DNA of 64,000 bases, taken from NCBI GenBank assembly GCA_963837165.1, contig CAWIMD010000008.1, positions 5,008-69,007 on the forward strand, read 5' to 3'. Of this stretch, positions 56,461 through 64,000 are shown in pieces. The position numbers and the translations under genes were made by a program. Under the pieces are notes generated by a model that saw nothing but the letters and a program-made list of their open reading frames with translations, was not told the origin of the DNA and did not search any database. Source of the stretch: Vicinamibacteria bacterium. Lineage in GTDB: Bacteria > Acidobacteriota > Vicinamibacteria > Vicinamibacterales > JAENWD01. Each line of letters starts with the position of its first letter. Position 1 is the stretch's first letter.

Positions 56461-57954
56461 ATGGCACATCTGCTCGGAATCGACGTCGGGACGGGCGGCA
56501 CGCGCGCGCTCGCCATCGACGAGCACGGCCGGATCGTGGCCTCGGCGACCAGCGAGCACGTGCCGTTCGCGTCGCCGAAAACCGGATGGGCGGAGCAGGA
56601 CCCGCGGGACTGGTGGCGGGCGGCGGGCGAGGCCGTGCGCCTCGTGGTGTCGCATCCCGCGGTCGGTCCGGACGCGATCCGCGCCGTCGGACTCTCCGGG
56701 CAGATGCACGGATCGACGCTGCTCGACGCGCGCGGCGAGGTCGTGCGGCCCGCGCTGCTCTGGTGCGACCAGCGCACCGGCGTCGAGTGCCGCGAGATCA
56801 CCGAGCAGGTCGGCGCGGCGCGGCTGATCGAGTGGACGCTCAATCCCGCCCTGACCGGCTTCACGCTGCCGAAGCTGCTGTGGGTCCGCACGCACGAGCC
56901 GGGCCTCTGGCGCGAGGTGCGCTCGGTGCTGCTGCCGAAGGACTACGTCCGCTACCGGCTCACCGGCGAGAAGGCCACTGACGTGGCCGACGCGTCGGGC
57001 ACGCTTCTGTTCGATGTCGGTGGCCGGCGGTGGTCGCGCGAGATGCTCGACGCGATGGACCTGCCGCTGTCGCTCATGCCGCGCGCCTACGAGTCGCCGG
57101 AGATCACCAGCAGCGTGTCGCCCGACGGCGCCGCGGCGACCGGCCTGCGGGCCGGGACGCCCGTCGTGGCCGGCGGCGGCGACCAGGCCGCGGGCGCGGT
57201 CGGCATGGGCATCGTCCGGCCGGGCGCGGTGAGCGCCACGATTGGCACGTCCGGCGTGGTCTTCGCGGCGACCGACCGGCCCGTGCTCGAGCCGGGCGGC
57301 CGCATCCACGCGTTCTGCCACGCCGTGCCTGGACGGTGGCACGTCATGGGGGTCACGCTCGGCGCCGGGCTGTCGCTGCGGTGGATGCGCGATCTGCTTG
57401 GCGCCGGTCCGGACGACGGGCGCGATCCGTACGATCGGCTGACCGACGCCGCAGCGGCGGTGCCCGCCGGGTCGGACGGCGTGCTGTGGGCGCCGTATCT
57501 CATGGGCGAGCGCACGCCGCACCTGGATCCGTACGCGCGCGCGGCGCTCGTGGGCCTGGCCGCCTCGCACACACGCGGCCACGTCGTCCGCGCCGTGCTG
57601 GAGGGCGTCGCGTTCAGCCTGAAGGACTCGTTCACGATCTTCGACGAGATGCGCGTGCCCGTCGGCACCGTCAGGCTGGGCGGCGGCGGCGCGCGGTCCG
57701 CGCTGTGGCGTCAGATCCAGGCGGACGTCTACGGGTATCCCGTGGAGACCGTCGAGGCCGAGGAAGGCGCCGCTTACGGCGCGGCGCTGCTGGCGGGGGT
57801 CGGCGGCGGGGTGTGGAAGACCGTGGACGAGGCCTGCGACACCGTCGTCCGGGTCGCCGGCCGCGTTGCGCCCGTCGAGGCCGATCGCGCGACGCTCGCG
57901 GAATGCTACAAGCGCTTCCGGGCGCTGTACCCCGCGCTCAAGTCACTCCCATAG
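56461..57954 (+). CDS. xylB: Xylulokinase
   Basis: LGIDVGTGG, WAEQDP, SGQMHG, LWCDQRT, GGGDQAA, PYLMGERTP; adjacent to xylA. Confidence 0.9.
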   Translation: MAHLLGIDVGTGGTRALAIDEHGRIVASATSEHVPFASPKTGWAEQDPRDWWRAAGEAVRLVVSHPAVGPDAIRAVGLSGQMHGSTLLDARGEVVRPALLWCDQRTGVECREITEQVGAARLIEWTLNPALTGFTLPKLLWVRTHEPGLWREVRSVLLPKDYVRYRLTGEKATDVADASGTLLFDVGGRRWSREMLDAMDLPLSLMPRAYESPEITSSVSPDGAAATGLRAGTPVVAGGGDQAAGAVGMGIVRPGAVSATIGTSGVVFAATDRPVLEPGGRIHAFCHAVPGRWHVMGVTLGAGLSLRWMRDLLGAGPDDGRDPYDRLTDAAAAVPAGSDGVLWAPYLMGERTPHLDPYARAALVGLAASHTRGHVVRAVLEGVAFSLKDSFTIFDEMRVPVGTVRLGGGGARSALWRQIQADVYGYPVETVEAEEGAAYGAALLAGVGGGVWKTVDEACDTVVRVAGRVAPVEADRATLAECYKRFRALYPALKSLP

Positions 57955-58046
57955 ACCCATCGACCTATGAACCCATCAACCTATAAACCTATACTCCCAT
58001 CAACCCATACTCCCATCAACCCATAAACCCATCCTCCCATCCTCCT
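57950..58046. repeat. Degenerate octamer array (CCCATCAA/CCCATACT/CCCATCCT) filling the xylB-xylA gap
   Basis: 8-nt periodicity; the last units are the reverse complement of the 12434 array. Confidence 0.75.
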
Positions 58047-59211
58047 ATGCCTGACTACGTCCCCCGTCCCGAGCACAAGTTTTCCTTCGGCCTGTGGACC
58101 GTCGCCAATCGCGGCCGCGATCCGTTCGGGTCCGAAGTCCGTCCGCCACTGCCCCCGGTCGAGGCCGCGAAGCTGCTCGGCGAGGTCGGCGCCTGGGGCG
58201 TCAACCTCCACGACAACGATCTCGTGCCGATCGACGCCACGCCCGCCGAGCGCGACCGCATCGTCAAGGAGTTCGCCAAGGCGTGTGCGGCCAACGGTCT
58301 GGTCGTCCCGATGGCCACCGTCAGCCTGTTCTTCGATCCGGCGTTCCGCGACGGCGCGTTCACGGCGAACGACCCCGCCGTGCGCGCGTACGCGATCCAG
58401 AAGACGATGCGCGCGATGGACATCGGCGCGGAGCTCGGCGCGAAGATCTTCGTCCTCTGGGGCGGGCGCGAGGGGACCGAGACGGACGCGTGCAGACGCG
58501 CCGACGAGGCCGTGAAGCGGCTGCGGTACGCGATCGACTACCTGTGCGAGTACCTCGATCGACAGGAAATACGGGTACCGCTTCGCGCTCGAGGCGAAGC
58601 CGAACGAGCCGCGCGGCGACATCTACATGGCGACGACCGGGAGCTACCTGGGGCTGATCCCGACGCTGGGGCACGCCGAGATGGTGGGGGTCAATCCCGA
58701 GGTCGCCCACGAGCAGATGGCGGGGCTGAACTTCATGCACGCCGTCGCGCAGGCCTGGGAGGCGGGCAAGCTGTTCCACATCGACCTGAACGACCAGGCG
58801 CCGGGCCGGTACGACCAGGACTTCCGCTTCGGGGCGGCAAATCCGAAGACCGCGTTCTTCCTCGTCAAGTTCCTGGAGGACGTCGGCTACGAGGGTCCGC
58901 GGCACTTCGACGCGCACGCGTATCGCACCGAGAACTACGACGGCGTCAGGGATTTCGCGCGCGGCTGCATGCGGACGTACCTGATCCTGAAGGAGAAGGC
59001 GGCGCGCTGGAACGCGGATGGGGAAATCCAGGCGATCGTGAAGGAGATCCACGAGGCGAGCATGCCGGCGCCCGACGCGGCGCCGTACTCGTCGTCACAC
59101 GCCACGGCGCTGCTGGGCCACGAGTTCAAGCGCGCGACGCTGGCTGGGAAGAAACTGCCATACGAGCGTCTGGATCAGCTGACCGTGGAGGTCCTGCTCG
59201 GCGTCCGGTGA
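58047..59211 (+). CDS. xylA: Xylose isomerase (class I), with one extra base at about 58553
   Basis: [26 protein letters not shown]; after removing one C the frame reads [47 protein letters not shown]. Confidence 0.9.
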
Positions 59212-59216
59212 TCCAT

Positions 59217-59279
59217 TTCGAGACACGCCCCGCATTTGGGGACAGTCCCCGAGTCCCATGGGAGGGGGGGACAGTCCCC
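59217..59279 (+). repeat. GGGGACAGTCCCC REP doublet with a TTTCGAGACACGCCCC flank
   Basis: Copies start at 59238 and 59267. Confidence 0.85.
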
Positions 59280-59283
59280 GAAA

Positions 59284-59721
59284 TCAGGCGATGGCTTCGA
59301 GCTCGACGTGGACCTGGCCGCGCAGGGCGTTCGACACGGGGCAGCGCTGCTCGGCCTCGCGGGCGAGCTTCACGAACGCCTCCTCGGCCAGACCGGTGAG
59401 GCCGTCGGCGAGAACACGCAGGTGCGAGGCGCGGATCACGAGGCCGGCCTCGCTGAAGTCGGCCTTGACGGTCGCGCTCACGTGGAGCCGCGAGACGGCG
59501 CCGCCCGAGCGGGCCAGCGTTGCGGCCAGCGCCATGGCATAGCAGGACGCGTGGGCGGCGGCCATCAGCTCCTCGGGGCTCGTGCGCCCCTCCGGCTCGC
59601 CGACCCGCGACGCGAACGTCACCGGCAGATCGAACGCTCCCGTGCCGCCCCTCGCGGACCCGTGTCCGTCGCGCACCCGCCCCTCCCACGAAATCGTCGC
59701 CTGTCGCTCGAAGCCCGCCAT
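59284..59721 (-). CDS. osmC: OsmC family peroxiredoxin
   Basis: WEG..GHG, TSPEELMAAAHASCYAMAL, CPVSNAL; SD before ATG 59721. Confidence 0.8.
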   Translation of the reverse strand: MAGFERQATISWEGRVRDGHGSARGGTGAFDLPVTFASRVGEPEGRTSPEELMAAAHASCYAMALAATLARSGGAVSRLHVSATVKADFSEAGLVIRASHLRVLADGLTGLAEEAFVKLAREAEQRCPVSNALRGQVHVELEAIA

Positions 59722-59729
59722 CCCCTCCC

Positions 59730-60353
59730 TCACCGCTTTGCTTTCGCCTTTCGCGCTGGCGACAGACGCCGCTGGCTGAGCTGCGTCACCAACCCGGCAA
59801 CCCCGAGCGCCAGCCACGCCCACAACACCCAGCGCCGGCCCGGCGCCGGGTCCAGCGGATAGACGACCCACACGTCACTGGCCGCCGCCGCTGTCCTGGC
59901 CGTCCGATCCCCGGCCAGCGCGAGGCCCCCGACCAGCGCGGTCCACGCGCCGCCGAACGCCGTCGCGGTGATGATCACATACCGCTGCAGCATCATCGCG
60001 GCCACCGCGCCCACCACCGCGAACAGGATCACCACCAGCACGTGCGGTTCGGCGCCGCTGCGCCCCCAGACGAGCGTGACGGCCATCGCGCCGACCGCCG
60101 CCCCCACCAGCGCCACCCCGAGGAAGTAGGCGAGGTTGAGCACGAGCGCGCCGATGAGGCCGCCGACAATCGCCGTGAGGATCAGCGTGCCGGTGGTCGC
60201 GGCGCCGGACGCCGTGGTGGCGATGAGCGCCCCGAGGATGAACCCGTAGATGCCGAGGACGATCCGGAACAGGCGGTAGCCGAAGAAACAGGCCACCACG
60301 CCCCCGAGGACGAGGACGATGGCCGCTGGAACCTGGGCGCTGGCGGGCACCAT
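59730..60353 (-). CDS. DUF4203/TMEM198-like membrane protein
   Basis: CFFGYRLFR..GFILG, about 7 TM helices, TAFGGA. Confidence 0.7.
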   Translation of the reverse strand: MVPASAQVPAAIVLVLGGVVACFFGYRLFRIVLGIYGFILGALIATTASGAATTGTLILTAIVGGLIGALVLNLAYFLGVALVGAAVGAMAVTLVWGRSGAEPHVLVVILFAVVGAVAAMMLQRYVIITATAFGGAWTALVGGLALAGDRTARTAAAASDVWVVYPLDPAPGRRWVLWAWLALGVAGLVTQLSQRRLSPARKAKAKR

Positions 60354-60357
60354 GGCC

Positions 60358-60954
60358 CTACACTTCCCTCCGGCCTTCCATCGCCTTCGACATCGTGACC
60401 TCGTCGGCGTACTCGATGTCGCTGCCGACGGGAATCCCGGTGGCGATGCGGGTGACCCTCACGCCGAGCGGCTTCAGCAGCCGCGCGAGATACAGGGCCG
60501 TCGCCTCGCCCTCGACGTTCGGGTTCGTCGCCAGCACCACCTCGCCGACCTGCCCCTGCTCGACGCGCGCGAGCAGGCCATGGATCTTCAGGTCGTCGGG
60601 TCCGACGCCCTGCAGCGGCGAGAGCGTCCCCATGAGCACGTGATAGACGCCGCGGAAGTCCCGCGTCTTCTCGATGACCGCGACGTTCTGCGGCTCCTCG
60701 ACCACGCAGATCACACCACGATCGCGGGACTCGTCCGTGCAGAACCCGCAGGGATCGACGTCCGTGATGTTGTTGCAGGTCGAGCAGTAGGTGACGCGGT
60801 CCTTCACGTCGCGAATGGCCGCGCACAGCAGGTCCGCGTCCTCGCGCGGGGTGCGCAAGACGTGATACGCCAGCCGCTGGGCGCCCTTGGCGCCGATGCC
60901 GGGCAGCTTCTGGAATCGCTCGATGAGTCGGGAGAGCGGCTCGGGGTGCGACAT
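60358..60954 (-). CDS. recR: Recombination mediator RecR
   Basis: [14 protein letters not shown]4 zinc finger, [18 protein letters not shown]. Confidence 0.95.
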   Translation of the reverse strand: MSHPEPLSRLIERFQKLPGIGAKGAQRLAYHVLRTPREDADLLCAAIRDVKDRVTYCSTCNNITDVDPCGFCTDESRDRGVICVVEEPQNVAVIEKTRDFRGVYHVLMGTLSPLQGVGPDDLKIHGLLARVEQGQVGEVVLATNPNVEGEATALYLARLLKPLGVRVTRIATGIPVGSDIEYADEVTMSKAMEGRREV

Positions 60955-60973
60955 GTCTCCGCGGGGCGCCGGC

Positions 60974-61270
60974 TCAGAACATCCCGGGCATGCCGCCGCC
61001 CAGCATGCCCCCCATGGACTTCTGCAGCTCCTCGTCCACCTTCCGGTGGGCGTCGTTCACCGCGGCCACCACCAGATCCTGCAGCATCTCGACGTCGTCT
61101 TTCGAGACGACTTCCGGGTCGATGCGGACCGACAGCAGCTGCTTGGAGCCGTTCACGACAACGGTCACCATGCCGCCGCCCGAGGTGGCCTCGATGCGCA
61201 GATCCTGCATCTGCTTCTGCAGCTGCTCCTGCATCTTCTGGGCCTGCTTCATCATCTGTCGGATATCCAT
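60974..61270 (-). CDS. ybaB: YbaB/EbfC nucleoid-associated protein
   Basis: [33 protein letters not shown]; dnaX-ybaB-recR synteny. Confidence 0.93.
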   Translation of the reverse strand: MDIRQMMKQAQKMQEQLQKQMQDLRIEATSGGGMVTVVVNGSKQLLSVRIDPEVVSKDDVEMLQDLVVAAVNDAHRKVDEELQKSMGGMLGGGMPGMF

Positions 61271-63022
61271 TTACTCGATCTCCTCGACGTCGCGAATCTC
61301 GGCGGGAAACACGTCCAGCATGGCCTGCACGCCGGAGTCGGCGAGCGCGCGCGCCTTCAGGCCGGCGTTCTCCACGGGCGGCGCTGCCGGCGCCGGATCG
61401 TCCATGGCCGACGGCTCGGGCATCGTCTCGGGCGCTGCCGCCGTCCCCTTCGCCGTCGCGACCACCATCCGCCGCCCCGCCACCGATGCCGCCACCGACT
61501 CGAGCCACTCCCGCTTCTTCTCCACCTGCTGACGCATGGTCTCGTGCACCGGCCCGAAGGTGAACAGCACGCGGTGCTCGTCCACGTCGATCCGCTGCGC
61601 CTGCGCGACGTGCAGCGAGTAGAACGTGCGGTTGGTGCGCTGCAGCTCCGCGAGGAAGCGCTCCTTGAAGGTCGCTGGTGCGATCGCGCTGGCGTCCGGT
61701 GCTGGAGGTGCTGCGGGTGCTGGACGTGCCGAAGGTGCCGGTGCAGAAGGTGCCGGCGGTGCAGAAGGTGCGGGCCCGGACGGACGTGACGCAAACGGAG
61801 GGCGCGCCCCGCTGGATGCGGCCGGCGCCGGGCGCGCCGATCCGCCACCGGCCGGACCGCGGCCCGCGGGCGGCACCGGCGAGCCGCCGCGGTCGAGACC
61901 GGCGATCAGGTCCGCAATAGGCACGAGCTTCCGGAGGTGAATCCACCGCACCAGCGCCATCTCGAGCGCGTAGCGCGGCTGCGAGTGCGCCCGGATCTCC
62001 TGCTCGGTCTTCGCCAGCAGGTCGAACGACCGCAGCAGGTCCTCGCGCGAGTACCGGCCCGCCAGCGCGCGCAAGCGCTCGCGGTCCGCCTCGAACACCA
62101 GCTCCTGATCCTGCAGCCGCTCCGGATCGATCGCGACGAGCATCATCGCGCGGACGAGCGCCGCCAGCTCGCGGCACAGGATCCGCAGGTCGTGTCCGGC
62201 GTCCACCGCGCGGCCCGCCAGGTCGAAGGCCGCCGCCGCGTTCTCGTCGGCGACCGCCCCGAGGATGTCGAACAGCAGGTCCCGGCCCACCAGGCCCAGC
62301 ACGGTGGAGACGTCCTCGGCGGTGATCGTGGTCCCGGCAAACGCGATGACCTGATCCAGGGCGCTCTGCGCGTCGCGCATGCTGCCCTCGGCCGCCCGCG
62401 CCACCAGCGCCAGCGCATCCGGCGTGGCCTGCAGGCCCTCTGCCTCCGCAATCCGGGTCAGCTCGGCGGCAATCGCGCCGGTGGCAATCGTCCGGAACTC
62501 GTAGACCTGCGCGCGCGAGAGGATCGTGTCGGGGATCTTGTGGAGCTCGGTCGTCGCCATCACGAACACCACGTGCGGCGGCGGCTCCTCGATCGACTTC
62601 AGCAGCGCGTTGAACGACGACCCCGAGAGCTGGTGCACCTCGTCGATGATGAACACCTTGTAGCGATCGCGCACCGGCGCCATCGACAGCGTGCTGATGA
62701 TCACCTCGCGGATGTTGTCGATGCCGGTGTGCGTGGCCGCGTCGATCTCGAGCACGTCGATGTCGCGGCCCTGCGCGATCTCGACGCACGCGTCGCACCG
62801 GCCGCACGGATCCGGCGTGGGCCCGTTCACGCAGTTCAGCGCCCGCGCCAGGATGCGCGCGGTCGTGGTCTTCCCCACCCCGCGGGCTCCCGCGAACACG
62901 AACGCCTGCGCGACGCGCCCGCTGGCCAGCGCGTTGCGGAGCGTCGTCGTCACGGCCTGCTGGCCGACGACGTCCTCGAAGCGCTGGGGGCGCCACTTAC
63001 GCGCCAGGACCTGGTAGGACAC
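61271..63022 (-). CDS. dnaX: DNA polymerase III subunit gamma/tau
   Basis: GTG start then SYQVLARKWRPQRF; GARGVGKTT, IIDEVH, EEPP, GSMRDAQS. Confidence 0.95.
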   Translation of the reverse strand: MSYQVLARKWRPQRFEDVVGQQAVTTTLRNALASGRVAQAFVFAGARGVGKTTTARILARALNCVNGPTPDPCGRCDACVEIAQGRDIDVLEIDAATHTGIDNIREVIISTLSMAPVRDRYKVFIIDEVHQLSGSSFNALLKSIEEPPPHVVFVMATTELHKIPDTILSRAQVYEFRTIATGAIAAELTRIAEAEGLQATPDALALVARAAEGSMRDAQSALDQVIAFAGTTITAEDVSTVLGLVGRDLLFDILGAVADENAAAAFDLAGRAVDAGHDLRILCRELAALVRAMMLVAIDPERLQDQELVFEADRERLRALAGRYSREDLLRSFDLLAKTEQEIRAHSQPRYALEMALVRWIHLRKLVPIADLIAGLDRGGSPVPPAGRGPAGGGSARPAPAASSGARPPFASRPSGPAPSAPPAPSAPAPSARPAPAAPPAPDASAIAPATFKERFLAELQRTNRTFYSLHVAQAQRIDVDEHRVLFTFGPVHETMRQQVEKKREWLESVAASVAGRRMVVATAKGTAAAPETMPEPSAMDDPAPAAPPVENAGLKARALADSGVQAMLDVFPAEIRDVEEIE

Positions 63023-63029
63023 CTTGTGG

Positions 63030-63090
63030 ATTGACGATTGATGATTGACGATTGACGATTGACGATTGATTGACGATTGATTGACGATTG
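63030..63090. repeat. TTGACGA/TTGA tandem array between SRP RNA and dnaX
   Basis: Seen directly in the sequence. Confidence 0.8.
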
Positions 63091-63239
63091 AGGCGCTCCG
63101 CGCGCGTCCCACCGCGACCCGGATGGCCTGCGGCACAGCTCAGGATCCACTTAGCGCTGCTGCCTTCCGGCCCTGACGCGGTTCGTAGGCTGACCTTGCA
63201 CAGGGTCCGGGCCGCGGTGCGGCGCACGGCGGAGCGCCC
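63091..63239 (-). ncRNA. ffs: Signal recognition particle RNA (core 63121-63208) with an extended basal helix
   Basis: Minus strand GTCAGGGCCGGAAGGCAGCAGC domain-IV signature; located upstream of dnaX. Confidence 0.9.
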
Positions 63240-63345
63240 AACCAGTCAAGGGCGTTCAACCAGTGTAACCCAGACGGGTTCCGTGCCGCCGGCCGCGCTT
63301 GTGTTGTAATCTTCCACCCCTCCACGCCGGGATCCAGGGAGCGAG

Positions 63346-64000
63346 ATGGCCGAGCTGACGATGCGCGCACGCGAGTCCTGCCGCTGGGACCTGGTGGCCC
63401 TCGGGGAGGTCATGCTCAGGCTCGATCCCGGCGACCTCCGCGTGCACACGACCCGCAGCTTCCAGGTGTGGGAGGGCGGCGGCGAGTACAACGTCGCGCG
63501 GGGCCTCAGGCGCTGCTTCGGCCTCTCCACCGCCATCGTCACGGCGCTCGCCGACAACCCCGTGGGACGCCTCGTCGAGGACCTGATGCTCCAGGGCGGC
63601 GTCGAGCAGCGCGTGCGCTGGGTCGGCTACGACGGCGTCGGCCGCAGCGTCAGGAACGGCCTCAACTTCACCGAGCGCGGGTTCGGCGTCCGTGCGGCGC
63701 TCGGCTGCTCCGATCGCGGGCACACCGCCGTGTCGCAGCTCCGCCCCGGCGACATCGACTGGGACGAGATCTTCGGCGTCGCGGGCGCGCGGTGGTTCCA
63801 CACCGGCGGGATCTTCGCCGCGCTCTCCGAGACCACACCCCTGGTCGCCGAGGAGGCCCTGCAGGCCGCCAGGCGCCACGGCGTCGTCGTCTCCTACGAC
63901 CTGAACTACCGCGAGTCGCTCTGGAAGGCAATCGGCGGCAAGGCGCGCGCCCGCGAGGTGAACCGCACGCTCGCCCCGCACGTGGACGTGATGCTCGGCA
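63346..64000 (+). CDS. kdgK: 2-dehydro-3-deoxygluconokinase (PfkB family), 3' end outside window
   Basis: Translated by hand, not in the ORF track: LGEVMLRLDP, EGGGEYNVARGL, WFHTGGI, SYDLNYR. Confidence 0.85.
   Translation, partial: MAELTMRARESCRWDLVALGEVMLRLDPGDLRVHTTRSFQVWEGGGEYNVARGLRRCFGLSTAIVTALADNPVGRLVEDLMLQGGVEQRVRWVGYDGVGRSVRNGLNFTERGFGVRAALGCSDRGHTAVSQLRPGDIDWDEIFGVAGARWFHTGGIFAALSETTPLVAEEALQAARRHGVVVSYDLNYRESLWKAIGGKARAREVNRTLAPHVDVMLG

Noticed and set aside
58047-59399. 450-aa xylA ORF with a novel C-terminus, or xylA as a true pseudogene
   Set aside because: The tail is off-frame after the single extra C; both halves retain their catalytic motifs with no other decay.
61690-61900. 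Repeats in dnaX as a programmed gamma/tau frameshift signal
   Set aside because: They encode an in-frame Pro/Ala linker; no A-AAA-AAG or poly-A slippery site was seen.

Overview
High-GC (about 70% by eye) bacterial chromosome segment. The gene families (Acidobacteria-type VWA proteins, CRTAC1/ASPIC-UnbV propellers, carboxypeptidase-regulatory-domain TonB-dependent transporter, DUF1549/DUF1553 + DUF1501) point to Acidobacteriota, probably Vicinamibacteria (inference). About 54 kb is a cell-envelope and carbohydrate-associated region. It is centred on a TonB-dependent transporter and a divergent IclR regulator, and holds five FG-GAP propeller proteins (two fused to a mono-haem cytochrome c), a membrane-anchored penta-haem cytochrome-TPR protein, six VWA proteins, TPR proteins, a Tat-linked GMC oxidoreductase pair, and GH127- and GH140-like hydrolases. 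The right end has a Ser/Thr kinase, xylB-xylA, osmC, recR-ybaB-dnaX, SRP RNA and a truncated kdgK. Non-coding DNA is rich in structure: two REP families (one beside a RAYT transposase), 7-, 8- and 9-mer tandem arrays, a 4-way-junction inverted-repeat element, and many apparent leaderless promoters. All three clear frameshifts in otherwise intact genes are the same +C change of the palindrome GAGTACTC, most likely a sequencing footprint of a modified base. Family assignments come from recalled motifs, not from database searches.
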